Shown: one piece after another, positions 35,190 through 49,958 of the stretch
Layout: each line of letters opens with the position of its first letter
How positions within the stretch are numbered: position 1 is the stretch's first letter
Source of the DNA: Rozella allomycis CSF55
Taxonomy: Eukaryota
DNA: 64,000 nucleotides
NCBI GenBank assembly: GCA_000442015.1
Contig: KE560384.1
Coordinates: 62,001 to 126,000, forward strand
Direction of reading: 5' to 3'
The notes under the pieces: generated by a model
Told to the model about the DNA's origin: nothing
The model's input: only the letters and a program-made list of their open reading frames with translations
The model's database searches: none
Made by a program: the position numbers and the translations under genes

Positions 35190-35831
35190 ATGTGTATCAA
35201 CAAATCCTCGTCTTCCGTTCCGGGCCGTTTACCGTTGTCACCGAAAATAAAAACAAATACAAAACCACTCCACATGATAGAGCCCCCATTATTGCATACT
35301 GAAGAGCGTCAAGAATACGATATAATGGATCTGGAACTTTTAGGGAAAATAGCAATAGAATTAGGCGTTCACAATCACCCAGCAGTAAAACGATCTTTTG
35401 AGCGCCTGGTTGATTCAGTAGGGACGAAACGATTTGCAGAAGACTACTGCGCTCTCCAGAAATTTTTAATGAAACTCCATCACCAAGTACAAATATCAAG
35501 CGAATTCGAAAATTTCTATCATGGAGGGTCTGGGAATCAAACGGCTTTAAATTATCTGTATTCGGGATTTCCTTCTGCTAATGGGCAAATGAATATTTAT
35601 GGAATGGTTCCAAGAGTACCGTCAAGGGCTTTTAGGCAACACGGATTAACGCGACATTACAGTTGGAATGGCTCGTCGTCTTCAACTTCTTTGAATGAAA
35701 CGGATTCACCTAGATACTACGCGCCTTCCTATCTTCAACCTCGATCACTGTCATCATCGCACAACTATTATATCCAACCGAAACCCGAAAGGAAAAGGGA
35801 AGATTCGATCGAAGACAAAGATTCAAAATAG
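35190..35831 (+). CDS. Protein of unknown function with a compact helical domain and a low-complexity tail
   Basis: Long open frame; EYDIMDLELLGKIAIELGVHNHPAVK...ALQKFLMKL looks like a folded domain; start uncertain (35190 or 35274). Confidence 0.65.
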   Translation: MCINKSSSSVPGRLPLSPKIKTNTKPLHMIEPPLLHTEERQEYDIMDLELLGKIAIELGVHNHPAVKRSFERLVDSVGTKRFAEDYCALQKFLMKLHHQVQISSEFENFYHGGSGNQTALNYLYSGFPSANGQMNIYGMVPRVPSRAFRQHGLTRHYSWNGSSSSTSLNETDSPRYYAPSYLQPRSLSSSHNYYIQPKPERKREDSIEDKDSK

Positions 35832-35927
35832 AATAAATGCATTTATGAGAACATAATTTGACTTCTTTATGTAAAATAGTTTTTGAACATCTTAATTTAT
35901 GCTTCTTTGACCCCTGTTAATTGAGGA

Positions 35928-37739
<1,812 letters not shown>

Positions 37740-37864
37740 TACGTTTGTAGCAATGTATGACTTCAGGCCTTCAGCCACCTAGCCGTATATCAAATTAGGG
37801 TAAAAGTTGACTGACTTTAAAGAAAAAATAAATTAATCTATCATTTTTGTCGAAAACAACAAAA

Positions 37865-38022
37865 GGGATTCCCCGGCAAGCCAGAGGAATCCAAACCAGA
37901 AATTATAAGGCCGAGATGCCGTAATGACATTCGTTGAACACGACCGGACGGGATGTGCAATGCCCCATCATGCCCAATAAGTCCAGCGAAGTTGACTACT
38001 GGACTTACCCTCCAGGTAAGTT
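37865..38022 (-). ncRNA. U1: U1 spliceosomal snRNA (about 158 nt)
   Basis: 5' AACUUACCUG; helix GAGG/CCUU; 11-bp stem I; AUUGCAC U1A loop; stem III; Sm site AAUUUCUGG (37896-37904); terminal GC-rich stem IV. Confidence 0.95.
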
Positions 38023-38114
38023 AACTCTGTGGAAAATTACAGAATATATGGGTTCCAAATTTCAGGAAAGGTTACTTGTGGGTAATAATTTAATTAAAGC
38101 CAAGAGAAATAAAT

Positions 38115-41100
38115 TTATTGTAACATTTTTAAGGAAAAGCCTCTCTTTCTTTGCTCTGGAGCCTTTTCTTCGCAAGTGATATCAAAGAATAATGATATTT
38201 TGTCTTTGTGAGTGTCTGAAATGGTAACAGTGAATGAAATGGGACCATTGGTACCATTTAATATTTCGCCTGGAATAAACGAGCCTTGAGCTACCAGTTC
38301 ACTTTCAGTAATAAGGTTAGCATGTCGTAATTCAACATGTAGAGACGTTAAAAGGTCTTTTAAATAGATCTGGAAAGTTTCATTGAATGCCAATGAATTC
38401 TTTTTCAAAGTTTTCGATTTGAAAACAGTTTTGGAAGAATCCTTGATTTTGACGTAGAGATCATTTCTTGGAGAGGCCATATCCATGTTCTTCAGCTTCA
38501 AATTTAGCAGCCAGATTTTATTAGCGTTTATTGATAAATCTGATTTTGACAGTGTTTTAGCAATTTCAGTTGATTGATGGTCACCCAGCATGTCAGCAAT
38601 AGAATCCATCGACATTGAGTAAATGGGGTTTTCAGAGTTTCTTTGATCGTTTAAAGTATCTTCGCTTTCATCATTTTCACTTTGAAAGTCGACGTCATTT
38701 CTCATGTCCATTGAAAATCGTTGCATTAAATGTCTTTTCGCATTTCTTATATTCTTTGAGAGTTTTTTTGGATTAAGACTATTGATGACGGAATTTTGTT
38801 TGGCTTGAAGTAGAGATGGATACAAATACAGCTGGATGTTAAGATCCCCTTGTTGTTTCAAATTGCTAAGAGTTAGGCATTTTGAGATAGATTTTCCGAT
38901 TTCTAGATCAGACAAATTGTAGTTGGCTGAGCCTAATAAGACGCTGAAATTAACTTTATTCCAATCTTTAACATCAAAAGTTAAAATTGGGTTTTTTCTG
39001 TCAAAGGGGATTTCAAACATTTCATTCCAAATTGGATTGCATGATTTCTTAATAACTTTAGTTTTGAATATTTTGTCATTTCCAATTCGTACAGTGCAAA
39101 ATGGGTCGCTACTTTCTTCATTGTCCACTGCTTCAAGGTTAGACGCAGAAATGATTTCCACTTGCAAGATTAGCGGGGCTTTATTTGAAAATATTAAGTT
39201 ATTTACTTTTATCGTCAATTAATTTATTAACAAATGGAAGAGAACTGGAAACTTTGTATGAAACAGCGATGGATAATTCACCGCCATTTTCAGAGTTTTT
39301 TAAAGGAAAGAAGGAATCCTAATTTTGAAATAATGAAATAAAAATACGATTTGATTTAAATTTGGCAAATTTAATGGAAGGGAAAGTAAGCCAACAATTT
39401 GATGCCCTGAGGTAGGCATATCTTTTTGATCTTTAACAAGAATATTTATTTTAGTTTTTGAAGGATCTAAAATTAGAAATTCAAAAGTTTCGTCCCAATT
39501 AGGATCCATTTTCTTTTCATTTTTTGTTCTTTGACTTTCATCAGTTGCATCGTTGAGAAACAATTCAACAAAAGGGTTGATTAATTTTCCTTTGAAATAT
39601 CTCAATTGTTTTACAGTCACTGAAAGAATTCCAATAAATGGTTCAATGGAGGTTTCAGGGGTAATCAAGTCAAAATATCCAGCTTGGAAGTTTATTAATC
39701 CTTTATCAATCAAATTAATTGAACTTTTAAAGATTTAAAATAATTTTACTAATCTTCAACGATGCCAGTTTTTGTTGTTAAATTGAAGACTGAAAATTGG
39801 CATTTCCCAGTTGATAAATCTTTTCCAATGTTGCTCTTTTCAAGAATCTCCAACGTTATTAATTCTTGTGGTAATGAAAGTGGGAAATAAAGATTTTCTC
39901 CTTTCCATTCAACAGACCCTGCATGGCTGGAAAAGGTAGTTGATGATCTCGCTGTAACGTTTGAATATGATGAAATCAATCGACAATAATAAACACCTTT
40001 GCCTCTAACATCATCATGTTTCAATCCAATTCCATCTTTTAAACTTATTTTTATTATTCCAATATATAATTCTTTTAAATCGTTTAATAAGAATTACTCT
40101 TTTCCATGCTAGATAAATTCTCATTGAAAATCATATTCACATGCTTAAAACTAAATGTCATTCTTATTTTGCCAGATTCTGCATTTTTTAAAATGAACCA
40201 ATCCTTTTGTGCATCCTTTACTTGTCATACTTCAATTTTACTTGTTGAATAACATCCTTGACTGGAATTGAGATATTTCCAATTAGGCCTGAACCCGCCA
40301 AAATATCTCTCTGGTCATAAATTGATACAATTATAGTTTGAATATTTAAATCATGTATAAAAACTTCAAATGTTTCTTCAAAAGTAGGTGAATTGTTTCT
40401 CTTTTTAGTTCTAGTCTTGAAGAGAACCATCGGTTGTTGTCTTGAATATTCTTCCAAGTTTGTTTGATTTTTATAAATAGAAATCTCTGCAAATGGATTG
40501 TAAAGCTTTGAAATTGTCTTTTCTTTGCTTATCAACTCTTTCGCTTGATGCAAAGTCATTCTCAATATTCCACAAGCTAGTTCTTACAATGCTTCAGGAT
40601 CTTACCAGAATTACATTCTTCTACGTTAGATTCAATAACTGGTGAAAATGATGCGTCAAAATTGATCTCTCCTCTTCCTTCTTTAAAATCAGTCTTTTTC
40701 AATTGAAGCCATCTTTATTTTTAAAAACTTTTAAATCTTTACTGATTGTTTAATGCTTCTCCTTGAATTAATGGCTCAACATCCAATGTAACAAATCCCA
40801 TGGGTTTGTCCTTTTTCAGATTGTTGTAATCCAAAACTCTCAATTTTATCTTTTCACTTGAATTTTGAACAAGAAAATACAAAGTTTCATTCCAAAAGGG
40901 ATTTAAATTGTCCATTATTATTCTAGTTCGGCCAACCTCCTTTTCATTAATTTCAATTTTGACATAAGCATCAGCTGAACCTACTTGTTTAAAGTTAATA
41001 AAAGATTACCCATAGCATCAACTTTGGGAAGATTTCTAGCTTGATGAATCGTCATTTTCAAAACACCAATTGCTGTATCAGCAAACCCTCCACTAATCAT

Positions 41101-42063
41101 TGATTCAATATCAAGCGTCAATTTATTTGGATTCACCATAAAAGAAGCCAAAAGATCAACAATTAAGTTATTCAACCAATTGGACAACCCAGGCAACTAC
41201 ATTTCTCTCCAATCGTTCGCTTACATCCATAATATCCAGAGATTTCAGTGGCTTCAACACAAAATCTATTTGTGGATTCTCCATAAACACTAAATCTATC
41301 AATTTAACAAACGGCGACGCTGACATCAACTTTAATTGGATTCTAAGTTTTCCTGAAAAGTAAATTTCTTTCAACATAATAGGAATATCAACTCCAACAA
41401 CACCCTTTCCAAATCTTGCTGTCAATACAACTTTAGAGTTCCAAGCAAACGATCTTTTTCTCTTTGTAGGTTCATCATCGTTTGGTGTAAAATTAACATC
41501 CAGATCTAAATGCTCATCAACACAAATTAACAATTCTTACAACAATATCTCCATCAGTCTTTGGATAAACTCTAACTCCCTCTATCCTAGGAGACTCGCT
41601 TCCCAATGTGAATTCAGTCAACTTTATACTTTCCTGAACATCAATCAATCAATTTCATACAATCAGATTAGGTTTATTATCTTCAAGAATAAAATTAACA
41701 CTCTCTACAATCGACGTCGACAATACAGGCTCATAAACTGTCCAAAATTTCTCCATTAAATGATTAAACCATTCCGCACTCTCATTATGCGACTCCAACT
41801 GATTTAACCTCGTCATAATCCATTACCCTTTCAATGGCAAGATCTTTTTCAACAGCTACTCTTATTACCGTTTTCAGTCTCCTCTCTTTTCTCTTGTACG
41901 CAAATATCAACAAGAAACAACACACAAAAATATACGCGATCGAAAATCCAAATCTTCCCAAATAGTAAATCAATATTGACATCAACATAAATTGCAATGA
42001 GATAGAAGGAATCTTTGTTTCTTTTTGCCCCTCGTCATACACTTCTGCTTCCAAATTGTCCAT
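38115..42063 (-). CDS. TCB: Tricalbin / extended synaptotagmin (TM, SMP, multiple C2), about 13 exons
   Basis: ESAEWFNHLMEKFW, FTLGSESPRI, IDFVLKPL, AIGVLKMTI, repeated NPxWNETF C2 motifs. Confidence 0.92.
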
Positions 42064-42093
42064 TAAGATTAGCTTCGCCACACTGTCATTGTC

Positions 42094-43512
42094 ATGAAAC
42101 TATTTAGAAATATTAAAGGTATTGTTTTCCGGCAAGTGGTGAGGTCTTCAGAGTCGCTCTTGATCAAGATTATAATATTGCATACGGATAAACCACAAAG
42201 TGTAATTGACAGGGTGGTTGCATCAACGCCAGTAATAAAATTGTTTTGGTTGACAGAGAATTTCAGAATTGACTTTTTTGATTTAGATGATGATCTCTAT
42301 AATCCATGCTATGGGTCTTCTAATATAAAGATAATAGTTTTTGATCAAGAAAGGTTGGTATTGGATTACGATATTGATCTTGAACGACTTTATTTTGTGG
42401 GAACTGATGTATATTGTAATTAATCGAAATACAAGATTCCTCGAATCAATTTTGAAGAAAACACAATACTGTTGGAATTTTTTGATGGATATTATTCAAA
42501 TTTTGAACTGAATGACGTTGAGAAACAATATGCGGCAACAACACCCAGAGTAATTAAATTATTGTTAATTGACCAGGTAAAGTCAAGTTATACAATGAAC
42601 ACTCTGTTGCATATTCAAGTTTTATTATTACGTTTGAGAGAAGAAAAGGGCTCATTGGATGATTTATTTGAATCTGTTAATAAAGCAATAGAAGGCAAAA
42701 GGGATATTATTAATAACTCTACGGAAATGGAGGTTCTAAAGCTAAGGATAGCGAAATTGGAGAAGAATAGAGACAATTTAAAGGCAATTATTTCTTCAAG
42801 TACCATAATTGATGAAATTTATTAAGGAAAGACAAAAATCAGACTATTGAGAGAAGACCTTAGCAATCGAAAGAAAAATCTGAATAGTCATAATCAACCG
42901 GCTCCACCCACAGACAAATCATCCTTGGAAATTGCTATTCAAAATCAGTAATTTGATGCTTAAAAAATTTTAGGAAACATTTATTGTCATATAAAGAAAT
43001 GATAAAAACGGCAGAACTGGATATCGTTTCCAAAATATTCAATATACTGCAAATAAGCTCTCAAACTCAATCGATTATGGGCATAAATGTTCCTAACGTC
43101 GATTTGATAACCGGTAAAAGATTTTGTACTATCATTAAGAGAATTATCAGAAGAGAATTTGTCAACAGCTTTGGGTTACATTTCATTAACAGTCCAAAAC
43201 ATCTCAAATCTATTTGATATACCATTGAAGTTTCAAATTCACTTTAAAGGGTCTAAATCATTTATTGAAGATCCTCTGTCTGATGATCCAGATTGGTAAA
43301 TGCTTTGTAAATGGGTCAAAGGTATCCACTGTATCTAAGAAGAATGGAAAGACAGAGGTTTGACTATGGCTTCTTTTTGCTAAATAAAAATATAGAAACA
43401 GTAATATTACCGACTTAACGTAGTTCAGATTTTGGACAAGTACAATTTCAAAGCAAAGTCTCTTAAAAATACTATTCAGAATATATATTCAATAAAAGAT
43501 ATCTTAGAATGA
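42094..43512 (+). CDS. UVRAG/Vps38/Atg14-family PI3K complex subunit, multi-exon
   Basis: ENTILLEFFDGYY, KSSY, coiled coil, LSTALGY, PLKFQIHFKGSKSFIED, YPLY, RFDYGFFLLNKNIE. Confidence 0.8.
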
Positions 43513-43564
43513 TTGCTCGACGGAGTTTATTAAATTAATATCAACAATTACTGAGCCACCCCCA

Positions 43565-46440
43565 ATGCAATTGACATTGTTAGCTGTCATTATTCAGTTC
43601 CTAATTTGTGTTAGCAAAGCAAATTCTTTGAATTCTTGCAATGTACATCCGCATAGTAGACATGATTGTGGATACGTAGGCATCAGCCCAGATGAATGTG
43701 AAGCCTTGAATTGTTGCTGGGCTCCATTGCTCACAACAAATCATCCATGGTGTTTTCATAGAAATAAGAATTGTGATGGATACCGCCTAAGCAAGTTGTG
43801 GGAGAGCAAGCACTCAATCGAGGCAAAGTTGGTCGCAATCAATCCTGACTGTTTGAAATTTGGAAAGATCGTTAAAAAATTGAAACTTCTTGTTGATTTT
43901 GAGGACAAGGATAGAATTCATGTAAAGATTGGTGACTGGAAGGGAGAAAGATACCAAGTCCCAGAATCTGTTTTTCCAAGGCCAAAAAGTCAAACTTTTG
44001 ATTTCTTACGTTTTTCAAAGGATAATAGCAAGATAAACTCAAAAATGGTGATTTTTAAAGAAAACAAGGAATATAGAATTGAGATTTTGACTGACCCTTT
44101 TCGATTTAAGATCATTAGAAAAGCAACAATGGAAACGATATTTGAATCTAAAGAAGAATTCATTTTTGAAGAAACTTACATTGAAATGTCCACAAAAATA
44201 AGAGCGGGATCACATTTGTATGGATTAGGAGAAATAGCTAGAAACTTTATAGTGAAAGATAATTCCATTTCAACACTTTTCACGAGAGATGCAGCGACAC
44301 CAGAAAATGAAAATTTGTATGGCTCCCATCCATTTTATCTTGAAATGAATAAAGGAAGATCACATGGAGTGGTAAAATATGTTTCACCTTGTAAAATAGT
44401 TTCTACTGAATAGCAATGCCATGGATGTTATTAAGACCTCTACTTCTTTGACATATAAATTGGTCGGCGGGATTCTTGATTTTTATATCTTCATGGGTCC
44501 TTTGCCAACTGATGTGATTTCACAGTATTGGCAAGTTATTGGAGCGCCGGCTATGATACCTTATTGGGCTCTTGGTTTTCATCAATGCAGATATGGTTAC
44601 AAAACTATTTGGGAAGTAATGGAAGTTGTTGATAACTTTGAAAAACATCAAATTCCTTTGGAAACAATGTGGGTTGACATAGAGTACATTATTTGTCTTC
44701 ACATAACAATAGATACATGGATGGATACAGAGATTTCACTTTCGATCCTCAAAGATACCCCGTTCAAGTTGTTCGTAAATTTGTTGATAAATTACATTCA
44801 AATGGACAAAAGTTTACCTTAATAGTTGACCCTGGTATTAAATTGGATTTGCCTCAAAATTAGGTATTAAAATTGACCCCGGTTTAAAATCATACGACAA
44901 TGGAATAGAGAAAGATATTTTCCTTAAAAATAACAATGGAGACAACTTGATTGGAAAAGTTTGGCCCGGGCTTGTACATTTTCNTTGGAAAAGTTTGGCC
45001 TGGATTTGTACATTTTCCAGATTTCTTTCACCCCAAAGCTCAAGAATGGTGGAACGAATGCTTTGCCGAATTTTATGATCACGTTCCAGTTGATGGTACA
45101 TGGATTGATATGAATGGTAAATATTGAACTGTTATTTAAGAAAGAATTGGCAAACTTTTGTGATGGCGATTGTTTCAATCCTCCAGTGGATTCTGAAAGC
45201 ATCAACTTTACTCCATATAGAATTCACAATGGATGGGCCAGATTACCGCTATTCACAAAAACCACCCCAATGGATGCAGTTCATTATGGGGGTCATTTAG
45301 AATTTGATGTTCATAATTTGTTTGGTTTAATGGAAGCCAAAGCTACTTTTAAAATGTCAACCACATTTCATCCAAACAAAAGACCCTTCATTCTTTCAAG
45401 GTCAACTTTTCCTGGTACTTATATTTTCATAATTAACAATAGGTTCTGGTAAATATTCATATCATTGGACTGGCGATAATTGGTCTACGTGGCGCCAAAT
45501 GCATCTTTCAATTCCAGCAATATTAAACTTTAACATGTTTGGGATTCCAATGGTGGGTGCCGACATTTGCGGATTCAATGGTCAAACCACTGAAAATCTT
45601 TGTGCAAGATGGATGGCTTTAGGTGCCTTTTATCCATTTTCCAGAAATCACAATTCAATTGACGCTGAATCTCAAGAACCTTATCTATGGCCAATCGTTT
45701 CAAAAGTTTCTAAAAAGTATTTACGTTTAAGATACAAGTTATTGCCTTATTGGTACACCCTGTTTTACGAATCATCTGAGTTTAAAAAGGTTGTAATTCA
45801 ACCCTTGTTCTTTGATTTCCCAAATGATGAAATCTCTCTTTCTATAGACACGCAATTCATGTTAGGAAGCAGTTTGATGGTTTCACCTGTACTAAAAGAC
45901 TCGGAAAGCGTTAACGTATATTTTCCAAAAGCTAAATGGTACGCGTTGGAAAGTTTTGAGGCTATTCCATCCGATGGATACCATCAAATACATGCATCAA
46001 TTGATTACCTCCCTGTCTACATTAAAGGGGGTCGTATAGTACCAATTCAAGGATTCGCCATGGTCACTGAGAAAGCAAGGAAACAACCATTTCATTTGTT
46101 AATTGCATTAAGTGAAAATGGTAAGGCATCTGGATCATTGTACATTGATGACGGAGAATCATTGAATATTAAATCACATTATTCTTACATTCATTTCAGT
46201 GCGAACATTAAAGATAATTATGGATCGATTTCATCAAAAGGAAAGTTTGATTACGCAGCACCTCAAATATGCAGCGTAAAAATACTTGGAATGAAATGGA
46301 AACCTGCAAAAATACAAATCAGTGGCAATGAAATAACCGAAAGAAATTCTTCATATGATTCAACCAAGGGTGTATTGCAAATTGAAAACATTGAATTGCC
46401 GACTTCAAGCGAATTTATTATCCACTTGATCAACTTTTAA
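43565..46440 (+). CDS. Secreted/lysosomal GH31 alpha-glucosidase with N-terminal trefoil domain, 6 exons
   Basis: Signal peptide; trefoil RHDCGY...C...CCW...[22 protein letters not shown] nucleophile; HWTGDN; GADICGF. Confidence 0.95.
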
Positions 46441-46459
46441 TAAAAATTGCTTAAATATT

Positions 46460-47303
46460 CTAGGAGGTTTTAATGTATTCATATGCAGACATAGAAATTG
46501 CTGCTGAAGGAACAAGCCAGAATGCTCTCAAGAGTGAACCATTCAACCATTCTCTTCCAGAAACATTTCTAAAAATACTTTGACTGAATCTAATTAGCGA
46601 CTTGGTGTCTTCTTGCAACTGCCAGCGTGTTTTTATAATATCCAAGGGTCCAGATACGATTGAGGCCAAAAAGCATGCTAGCGATGACGATAATAATGTT
46701 CCTGTCAGGGTTGACCTATCTTAACATTCATCATCCAATGTTGTACCACCCCTTGCTTTTTCGTACACAGTAAAATATATCATTGAATGAGGAACATAAA
46801 CTATCAGTGAAATTCCATATCCCTTAAAGAACCCTTTAAGTCCATTTCGCTGCCATACATCTTTAATGACAGACATGGTAGAAGAAGATTTTGCCTGGAC
46901 CTGCATGTGCTGTTTTATGACATCCATGGGAGTCCACAATAATCCAGATACTATCTGTGGTATTTTAATTCTAGATTTTTTACTTCAGCTGCCACAGCTG
47001 ACAAACAATGTGTAACAGAATTATCGTTGAAACTCTTTTTTGTTTTCAAAAACTTTTTGGTTTCCTCATACGTTAATAAATAAGATGACAAAGCCGGTGA
47101 TGTGAATACAAGTGAGGCGAATAGTCCACTGTACAAATTTTTCACATTCAAGGGTTTTCCGGATTGAACAGATACTTTAACCGTGTCTTTAAAAGTTAGA
47201 TAATAAATTTACCTATCGGGTGAGTAATCGCTCTTGATATCAATCCGCTGAACGATGATGCGATCGCCACATTCCAAAAATCGGCATCATCTGCATTAGG
47301 CAT
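46460..47303 (-). CDS. Mitochondrial carrier family protein, 4 exons
   Basis: Three Px[D/E]xxK signatures: PIDTVK, PMDVIK, PLDIIK. Confidence 0.9.
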
Positions 47304-47456
47304 TAAAATATGATACTAAGCCACGAATATAAATGGATCTAATAAAAAATAGCAATAAACTGGTACTCTAATGCTTTATTGAACCAATGTGTATTCCATC
47401 AGATGGCCCTGGCCAGACAGCATCCTTGCACTACGCCACTAGATAAGAGAATCAAG

Positions 47457-47882
47457 ATGGCAAAGATTAACCTTGGTCATTTATTTCATTTTTTGAATTT
47501 TGTTGTTAGTATACTAACAGCGTATTGCGGAGTAATGTTTGTCCTGAATTTCACTTTTCGTGATGTAATACTTGGAGTGTATGCTGTGTAAATTGTATGT
47601 TTCTCTACCATTTAGAATATTTGGTGCCCTTCTTTTTGTGTCAGACTTGAAAGGAATATCTGCTATAAAGTCACAGTTGGCCTTTTTAAGCAATATGCTC
47701 GGGAGAGGTTTGACTTATCTATTGTAATGTTGTTGATAATTTTATATAGCCTGGGATGCTTTGTACTTGGAAGCCAAGGATACTCGCTGATAGTTGGAGC
47801 TGTCATACTAGCGATTGCATTCCTTACAATTATATGCTCCTTTATTGCTGGATTTGATGCATATCCAGAGCCAATAATCTAA
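47457..47882 (+). CDS. COPI-associated / Tvp15-like small membrane protein, 3 exons
   Basis: Four hydrophobic segments; VILGVY, FLSNMLGRGLTYLFLG. Confidence 0.75.
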
Positions 47883-47919
47883 TTTCATAAAGAATTAATT
47901 TATAGATAATGAATTATGT

Positions 47920-49660
47920 TTATTTCCATTGACGGTTATCGGACCCTTTGTTATTCTTTTGCTTTACATAATGCTCTTTTCCGGTCATTTTCGCTTTCTT
48001 GGCACCCTTGTAGATTTTATCTTTGCAGCTAGCGCCGATTGTTAGTTGAACTGTTGGAGGTACAGTAAATCCAAACGCTTTTGCAACTTGTTGTAAATCT
48101 AATTGATTAACGTTGAAAATTTTCTTCAATCCATGAGACGCATAAGCAAGCAAGTAACTTCTATAGCCATCTTTTGCAGATTTGTTCAAATAAAAGTTTT
48201 TGGAAATCAATTTTTCAAGCTAACATTAGAATGACTAGTTAGGTTTACTTGTATTTGAACGTTAGCAATTTTGTTTGTTGGAAATTGATACTCATTTAGT
48301 GGAACTTTGGCATTTTTCAAAAAGCGAAGAAAGCCAAGTTCTGAAGGCAAAAGGAACAATAGAGCTTTGCCACTAGCGTTTTCACCACGAGCAGTTCTAC
48401 CGACACGGTGAATATATTCCTAGAATTATATAAAAATGATTAAGCTACTCTTGGATCATCTGGAGGATCATATTGAATGATCCAATCTACGGCGGGAATG
48501 TCTAAGCCTCTAGCAGCAACATCGGTACACAAAAGAATACCCTTTTCAGCATTAATGAATTCAAAAAAGGTTGAAGTTCTCTTTGTTTGTTTTTGTTTAC
48601 CATGTAACTCGAGTACTGGAATGTCAATGTAGTTTAACAATTCAGCATGGTACTTTACACTGTTGCATGAAGAAAAGAAAACAATGACTTTCTTTTTAAG
48701 ATTTTTCTTAAGAAAAGTAAACAACAAAAGAAAGCGTTGTTCAGATGGGCAAACCACGTAGCCTTGTTCCAATTTGTCATTTGTGGCGGCTTCTTTATTT
48801 TCATCAACGTTGATGTACAATGGAGCTCTCTTTAAAGACAATCGTGCAAGATCTTCGACTTTGGTGGTTTGAGTTGCAGAGAACAACATTGTTTGTCTCT
48901 CTTTTGGAAGAATATTCAAGATTTGTTTCATTTCTTGTTCAAAACCAACTTCAAGGATTCGATCAGCTTCGTCAATGATTAACATTTGTAAATTCTTGAA
49001 AAGAAATCCTTTCGTATTTTGTAAATGATCTAATAAACGACCAGGGGTAGCTACGAGTAAACTAACTCCCTTTGTAAGTTTTTCAGCTTCACCTCTTCTG
49101 TTAGCACCACCCATAACGACACCAAATGTTTGATTGTGATATTTGAATAGTTCTTTTGCGACACTAAAAATTTGCAATGCCAATTCTCTAGTTGGAGTTA
49201 TAATGATCACACCAGTTCCATTTCTTGGCTTGAATTTGGTTCTCGACAATAATTCAACAGCAGGCAACAAAAAAGCCAGAGTCTTTCCAGATCCTGTCTT
49301 TGCAGCCCCAAGAATATCTCTTCCCGTTAACGCAGGTGGAATACATCTAGCTTGCACTTGGGTCATGTACTCAAATTTCATATCCTCAATCGCTTTCATG
49401 GTAGATTCAGTAAAATCTACAGCAGAAAATTTCTTCTTTTCATAATCTTCGAAATCCTTGGCACTTTCCAATTGTAATTCTTTGGATTCTTTGGAAAAAT
49501 CACCAACCACTTGAACGGTTTCATCATCTTGTTTGGTTTGTGACTCCCCGTCGTTGGAATTTTCTAAATATTCGTCGTTGTCAGAAAAGCAAGTTTCAGA
49601 AATATTTCCCTCGGAATTAGAGTCTACTTGTTCTTCCTCTTTGAATTTTCTCTTTCCCAT
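47920..49660 (-). CDS. HAS1: DEAD-box RNA helicase Has1/DDX18, 3 exons
   Basis: [51 protein letters not shown]. Confidence 0.97.
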
Positions 49661-49958
49661 TCTCGCTACCGGGGTGACGACTGTGCCACAACTCGTTTAA
49701 CATGAATCAAATTAGAACATTATAACAAATTATAATAAATAATATTCAAACTCTTTGAATTTTTTTGTTCAGAGTATCCGTCACAGACTCACGGTGTCAT
49801 TCCATAGAGTGTAGGATTCCAATTTACAAACAGTCTGTACTCTTTAGAATGCATAGTTTATTTTTGAAACTCTTACTTAAAATTTCATCTCATTCAGTTG
49901 CTTGTTTTCTTTGGTATTCTATTATCTACAAGAGCAATCTGAAATTTCAGAAATAAAA

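Noticed and set aside
37934-38179. 81-aa plus-strand ORF
   Set aside because: Antisense to the U1 snRNA and the tricalbin 3' end; no protein features
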